Source: an uncultured virus (IMG/VR IMGVR_UViG_3300034656_000087) (taxonomy: Duplodnaviria > Heunggongvirae > Uroviricota > Caudoviricetes). From it: DNA of 20,000 bases. The notes beneath the pieces are model-generated. The model saw only the letters and a program-made list of their open reading frames with translations. It was not told where the DNA came from and ran no database searches. Positions 16,376-20,000 of the stretch are shown one piece after another. The number at the start of each line of letters is the position of its first letter. Within the stretch, counting starts at the first letter, position 1. Location: IMG/VR virus record IMGVR_UViG_3300034656_000087. One strand, 5' to 3'. The translations under genes were made by a program, and so were the position numbers.

Positions 16376-16426
16376 CGAGGAAGAAGAGTTCTTCCCGCCG
16401 GAACTTTGTTGAAAAAGGAGCATTTT

Positions 16427-16957
16427 ATGCGCGTAAAAATCGGCGAGCAGTGGCATGACAGCAGCCTAGAGCCAATTTGCATTCAGGTTTCAGAGCATGA
16501 GCAAGCGCAAGTTGGCGGCATGGATAGGAGTCTAGCGCCTAGTGGTAAATACGGTGTTTTTCCTGACAACTGGAAGTCGGATCAATGCTTTGCATGGATG
16601 AATAAAGGAGATGAATTTGGCGCCCCACTAGTAAACCTAACGACATTGGTTAAACGCCAAATTGAATTTTCTAGCGAAACCTTTGGCCCTGGTGATCGGC
16701 TTGAAGGAATTATCGACCATATACGCAAAGAACTAATAGAAGTCGAGGAGTCCGGCGGGGATCTTGAGGAGTGGGTCGACATTATTTTGCTGGCAATAGA
16801 CGGTGCGTGGCGCTCTGGCAATACATCCCATCAGGTGGCAGGGGCTGTTAAGAAAAAGTTAGATAAAAACATTGAGCGAAATTGGCCAGATTGGCGAAAG
16901 GCAGACACCAGTAAAGCCATTGAGCACGTTAAAGCAGAGGGCGATAAGAATGCGTAA
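16427..16957 (+). CDS. DUF550 / MazG-like dATP-dGTP pyrophosphohydrolase domain protein with an extra N-terminal domain
   Basis: FS.ETFGPG....G..DHIRKELIEVEE..GDLEEWVD..LL..DGAWR.G......A...K...N..R.WPDWR; start ATG 16427 after AAGGAG. Confidence 0.82.
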   Translation: MRVKIGEQWHDSSLEPICIQVSEHEQAQVGGMDRSLAPSGKYGVFPDNWKSDQCFAWMNKGDEFGAPLVNLTTLVKRQIEFSSETFGPGDRLEGIIDHIRKELIEVEESGGDLEEWVDIILLAIDGAWRSGNTSHQVAGAVKKKLDKNIERNWPDWRKADTSKAIEHVKAEGDKNA

Positions 16958-17138
16958 CCCAATACCCGCCCAGCACCGCGTCGCCGTCAAACTGCTGGCT
17001 GCAGGATTCTGCCTGGGCGCTGCTTTCCAGCTAGGCGTTAGCACCATGAGCCACTTCAAACCGCGAGTTGAAGTGATTGAGATCCGCAACGAAGCAAAGC
17101 CTATGGCCAGCGGCATTGCTCATCGGCTTGAGTTTTAA
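16950..17138 (+). CDS. Small putative single-pass membrane protein
   Basis: Start ATG 16950 overlapping the upstream stop; hydrophobic stretch LLAAGFCLGAAFQLGVS. Confidence 0.6.
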   Translation: MRNPIPAQHRVAVKLLAAGFCLGAAFQLGVSTMSHFKPRVEVIEIRNEAKPMASGIAHRLEF

Positions 17139-17147
17139 GGGGGAATC

Positions 17148-17579
17148 ATGGCTATTGATCCGAACTGGGTTCGTGAGAACCCCGAAGAAGCCGCCCGGCA
17201 AATCGAGTTACTGACCAAAGAGCGCGAACAGCACCAGGCTGCCGAAGAAGTACAAATTGCACTACGGCAAAAGGCTGAGGAGGAGCGCGACGCCTTGGCG
17301 GCCTACCAAGCCGACATGGTCCGCGAGCTAACGGCATGCCAAGCGGTGCTGCACTCCCTGGCACATGATGGGCAGGTTACTCCTGAATACGCCATAGATG
17401 CTAAAGCCGTACTAAAGCGGGTACCGAGGGTAAGCCTTGCCCGCCGTGATGCCGAGAAAAAAGCGGAAGCGTTGGAAGAAGCAGCTAACGAAACAGTGCC
17501 CGCCATGCACAAGATGGCTAACTGGCTTCGCGCCCGCGCTGCAGAAGAGCGGCGAAAAGCTGAAGGGGGTGCATCGTGA
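17148..17579 (+). CDS. Hypothetical coiled-coil phage protein
   Basis: AAGGGGG RBS; E/A/R-rich heptads; GTGA overlap with the next gene. Confidence 0.7.
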   Translation: MAIDPNWVRENPEEAARQIELLTKEREQHQAAEEVQIALRQKAEEERDALAAYQADMVRELTACQAVLHSLAHDGQVTPEYAIDAKAVLKRVPRVSLARRDAEKKAEALEEAANETVPAMHKMANWLRARAAEERRKAEGGAS

Positions 17580-17854
17580 GCAGCAACACCCCCTCTCAAC
17601 CGAAAAACTACTATTACTGCGCTAGCTGCTGGCCAGCTGATTCAAAGGAGTACAAGGACGGGATTTGCAAAGTGTGTGGCGAACGTATTTTGGCGGCTAC
17701 TCCAGCCCAGTATATAAGCCTGCTGAATGAGCAGAATCATGCATTAGCTATCGCACTTGAAAAAGCAATGGATCTGCTGGGTATCAAAAAAGAGCAGCCT
17801 GGAAAGGCAAAAAAGCCGCTTCTAAAAATTGTTAAGGGCGAGGTGGAAAAGTGA
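17576..17854 (+). CDS. Hypothetical protein with CxxC...CxxC zinc-ribbon motif
   Basis: CASC-11aa-CKVC; 4-nt overlaps at both ends. Confidence 0.65.
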   Translation: MSSNTPSQPKNYYYCASCWPADSKEYKDGICKVCGERILAATPAQYISLLNEQNHALAIALEKAMDLLGIKKEQPGKAKKPLLKIVKGEVEK

Positions 17855-18174
17855 GCGAAACAAGAAATAACCACACGCCGCCCGCGCGCACTCCGCCGCC
17901 ACCCAAAGGCGGCGCCTACGCCCGCCAAGCAGCGATGCTTTGCCAAGATAAAGCGTTTCAGCTCTACCTAGATCGCCGCCGCCGGGTGAAATTCCAGGTT
18001 TCAGAGCGGGATCTGCCAGACGGTACCCACAACGAAGAAGATGCGCGCGATTGGCTGGTCGCCGCCTGCAAAATCACCAGCCGAGCCGAGCTGGATAGCA
18101 ACCCAACCGCGTGCCAAACGTTCCGCATGATTCGCAACCGCTTCAACCACTGGCGGGCAAGGAATAAGTCATGA
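17851..18174 (+). CDS. Hypothetical phage protein
   Basis: GGAYARQAAMLCQD..FQ.YL...ARDWL...C.ITSRAELD; GAGG RBS, 4-nt overlaps. Confidence 0.75.
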   Translation: MSETRNNHTPPARTPPPPKGGAYARQAAMLCQDKAFQLYLDRRRRVKFQVSERDLPDGTHNEEDARDWLVAACKITSRAELDSNPTACQTFRMIRNRFNHWRARNKS

Positions 18175-18380
18175 GCCTACAAAACGTACTAGACTGCGAG
18201 GAAATCAAGAAGATAACAGGGTATCAGCGCCCAGCAGATGCCGCGCGCTGTTTGAGAGAGCAAGGCGTCGTCGTGTTTAACGGCCGCCGTGGCCCCTGGA
18301 CAACCATAGATCTGATCAACAAGGCGGGCGGCATTGAAGCCGCCCAGCCGATTGAGCTGAGCCCGACCGACATACTATGA
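18171..18380 (+). CDS. DUF4224-like protein, candidate excisionase
   Basis: L..EEI..ITGY.RP....R.L..QGV..F....GP; 69 aa, overlapping the integrase start (ATGA). Confidence 0.75.
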   Translation: MSLQNVLDCEEIKKITGYQRPADAARCLREQGVVVFNGRRGPWTTIDLINKAGGIEAAQPIELSPTDIL

Positions 18381-19525
18381 AGACACGCCCGCGCAAACAC
18401 AGCCCCGACATACCCGCCCACATCAACCAGTCAAAGCTCCCCAATGGAGTCTATTTTGATAAGCGCGGTCGGGGCCGCTGGTATGTTCAATACCGTGATG
18501 AAGCGGGCAAGCTTAAAACCGAGCGCATCGCGGGTGCCGATGCAACGCTGTCAGAGCTGCACCGCATCATGGAGCAACGCAGCGGCATAGATCGGCGCAC
18601 GCTGCGCTACCTGGCCAAACAGTTTCACGAATCGGCACAGCTCAAAGAGCTGGCCATTAAGACTCAGCAGGATTACGAATACTGCCGAGCCGCGCTACTG
18701 GAAATGCCCACCAAGCTAGGTAAACCGCTGGGGGATCTGCCCACATCGCAATTCTCACCGGCGCTGGTTCAGCGCCTGGTCGACAAAATCGCGGCCGAAG
18801 GCACACCATCAAAAGCTAACCACCTCCTACGCTACCTACGGCGTTTGTTTCGCTGGGGGATCAACCGCGGCTATTGCGATAGCAATCCGGCTCAAGGCGT
18901 GGAGTCAGCTAAAGAGCGGAAGCAACGCCGCCTACCTGAGCTGGCCACCATCGCCCGCCTAACCGAGTTTGCCCAGCAACGTGGCCAGCGCACGCGCGGC
19001 GAAAAAGGCGCGTGTGCGCCTTACCTTTGGATCGTGATGGAGCTGGCCTACATTTGCCGCTTACGCGGGATCGAGGTTATTACGCTGACCGATGCCAACA
19101 GTACGGCAAACGGCGTGATGACCAACCGCCGCAAAGGTTCTCGGGATAACGTTGTTCGCTGGTACCCAAGGCTATCCACCGCCTGGACCGCTGCCACCGA
19201 GCGCCGCGCCGGTATCTGGAAAACGAAAGGCAGGCCGGTGCCGATGCACCCAGAAAACCGCCCGCTCATCGTGGCGGCCGACGGCAGCGAGCTACGCAAA
19301 TCGAGCCTAGATACTGCCTGGCAGCGATTGATCAAGCTGGCCATCGAAGAGGAAATCATTACCGAAGAAGAGCGCTTCGGCCTTCACGACCTAAAGCGGC
19401 GCGGCATCACCGACACCAAAGGCACCCGCCACGAAAAGCAAGAGGCCAGCGGTCACCGCTCGGTCAGCATGATGGACACTTACGATTTAAGCGTGCCGCT
19501 GGTAAGCCACCCTGGCGAAGAGTGA
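18377..19525 (+). CDS. int: Tyrosine recombinase / phage integrase (phiCTX-like)
   Basis: Catalytic R (CRLRGIE), K (RRKGS), HDLKRR, SGH and Y (TYD); adjacent to a tRNA 3' end. Confidence 0.93.
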   Translation: MKTRPRKHSPDIPAHINQSKLPNGVYFDKRGRGRWYVQYRDEAGKLKTERIAGADATLSELHRIMEQRSGIDRRTLRYLAKQFHESAQLKELAIKTQQDYEYCRAALLEMPTKLGKPLGDLPTSQFSPALVQRLVDKIAAEGTPSKANHLLRYLRRLFRWGINRGYCDSNPAQGVESAKERKQRRLPELATIARLTEFAQQRGQRTRGEKGACAPYLWIVMELAYICRLRGIEVITLTDANSTANGVMTNRRKGSRDNVVRWYPRLSTAWTAATERRAGIWKTKGRPVPMHPENRPLIVAADGSELRKSSLDTAWQRLIKLAIEEEIITEEERFGLHDLKRRGITDTKGTRHEKQEASGHRSVSMMDTYDLSVPLVSHPGEE

Positions 19526-19550
19526 TCTATGTAGAAAACTACGTAAAACG

Positions 19551-19580
19551 AAAAAGGCCACCTGATTAGGTGGCCTTTTA
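19551..19580. terminator. Bidirectional rho-independent terminator between int and the tRNA operon
   Basis: AAAAGGCCACCT-gatt-AGGTGGCCTTTT perfect 12-bp stem with A/T tails on both sides. Confidence 0.88.
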
Positions 19581-19616
19581 GTGTCTCTAACGCTTTGCTT
19601 TTAAACCACTTTTTAG

Positions 19617-19692
<76 letters not shown>

Positions 19693-19764
19693 GCTTCGCA
19701 TTTTCTTGAGAACTTGATTGGGTTGCCGTTAGACTAGCCAATCAACAAGAAATCTTGTTGGCAA

Positions 19765-19839
19765 TGGCTGGGGTACCAGGATTCGAACCTGGGAATGCCG
19801 ATACCAAAAACCGGTGCCTTACCACTTGGCGATACCCCA
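19765..19839 (-). tRNA. tRNA-Gln(TTG)
   Basis: TGGGGTATCGCCAAGTGGTAAGGCACCGGTTTTTGGTATCGGCATTCCCAGGTTCGAATCCTGGTACCCCAGCCA; 75 nt. Confidence 0.96.
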
Positions 19840-19845
19840 ACGTTG

Positions 19846-19921
19846 TGGTGGCCAGAGACGGAATCGAACCGCCGACACGGGGATTTTCAATCCCCTGCTC
19901 TACCAACTGAGCTATCTGGCC
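19846..19921 (-). tRNA. tRNA-Phe(GAA)
   Basis: GGCCAGATAGCTCAGTTGGTAGAGCAGGGGATTGAAAATCCCCGTGTCGGCGGTTCGATTCCGTCTCTGGCCACCA; 76 nt. Confidence 0.97.
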
Positions 19922-19930
19922 CTTGCCAAC

Positions 19931-19966
19931 GGTGCGTATTAAACCAAAAGCTCCTCTTTTCGTCAA
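19931..19966 (-). promoter_or_regulatory. Sigma70 promoter of the tRNA operon with GC-rich discriminator
   Basis: Minus strand: TTGACG, 17 nt, TTTAAT, then ACGCACC, just upstream of tRNA-Phe. Confidence 0.8.
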
Positions 19967-20000
19967 CACCTTTGTGAAACTTTCTTTCTAGTCACGTGCT

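Larger units (their letters stand above)
1..19616. mobile_element. P2-like prophage (phiCTX-type order: tail, cargo, cI, early genes, gpA, xis, int), right arm; continues left of the window
   Basis: Contiguous P2-like FI-FII-E/E'-T-U-D tail genes, Ogr, gpA and an integrase abutting a tRNA 3' end. The exact att boundary is not determinable because the other att copy is outside the window. Confidence 0.95.

Noticed and set aside
16379..16395. GGAAGAA-gag-TTCTTCC hairpin as a terminator after gpA
   Set aside because: Weak stem without a U-tract, and it coincides with the likely EEEFF coding tail in the alternative frame.
16427..16957. Evidence for a 2-aminoadenine (Z-genome) pathway
   Set aside because: DUF550 alone is insufficient; no purZ, datZ or dedicated polymerase is present in the window.
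19743..19760. CAACAAGA-aa-TCTTGTTG inverted repeat as a separate element
   Set aside because: Short AT-rich hairpin in a tRNA spacer; at most a processing structure, with no further support.
19742..19977. ORFs 19742..19969 and 19795..19977
   Set aside because: They overlap the tRNA-Gln and tRNA-Phe genes; spurious.

Overview
Right-hand ~19.6 kb of a P2-like (Peduoviridae-type) prophage with phiCTX-style gene order, ending at the 3' end of a host tRNA-Thr(TGT) in a Phe-Gln-Thr tRNA operon. The host is a gammaproteobacterium; Halomonadaceae is plausible but only inferred. Left to right on the + strand: tail sheath (5'-truncated), tail tube, chaperone gpE with a -1 frameshift extension gpE', a tape measure protein with a 123-bp/41-aa Pro-rich tandem repeat, gpU and gpD. 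A tightly packed six-gene minus-strand block follows, read from the repressor: CI (HTH-S24), an unknown secreted protein, a secreted thermonuclease-Excalibur, a catalytically degenerate UmuD/S24-like protein, a HipA-like kinase and a DUF3037-like protein, then a terminator. The early operon holds three small RHH-like proteins, Ogr/Delta, a gpB-like protein, replication endonuclease gpA with an internal ori, a DUF550/MazG-like pyrophosphohydrolase fusion, small ORFs, a DUF4224 excisionase candidate and a tyrosine integrase. The best candidate for a new system is the repressor-linked cargo block, above all the low-GC kinase/DUF3037 pair and the dead S24 domain. All family calls come from motif recognition by eye; no searches were run.
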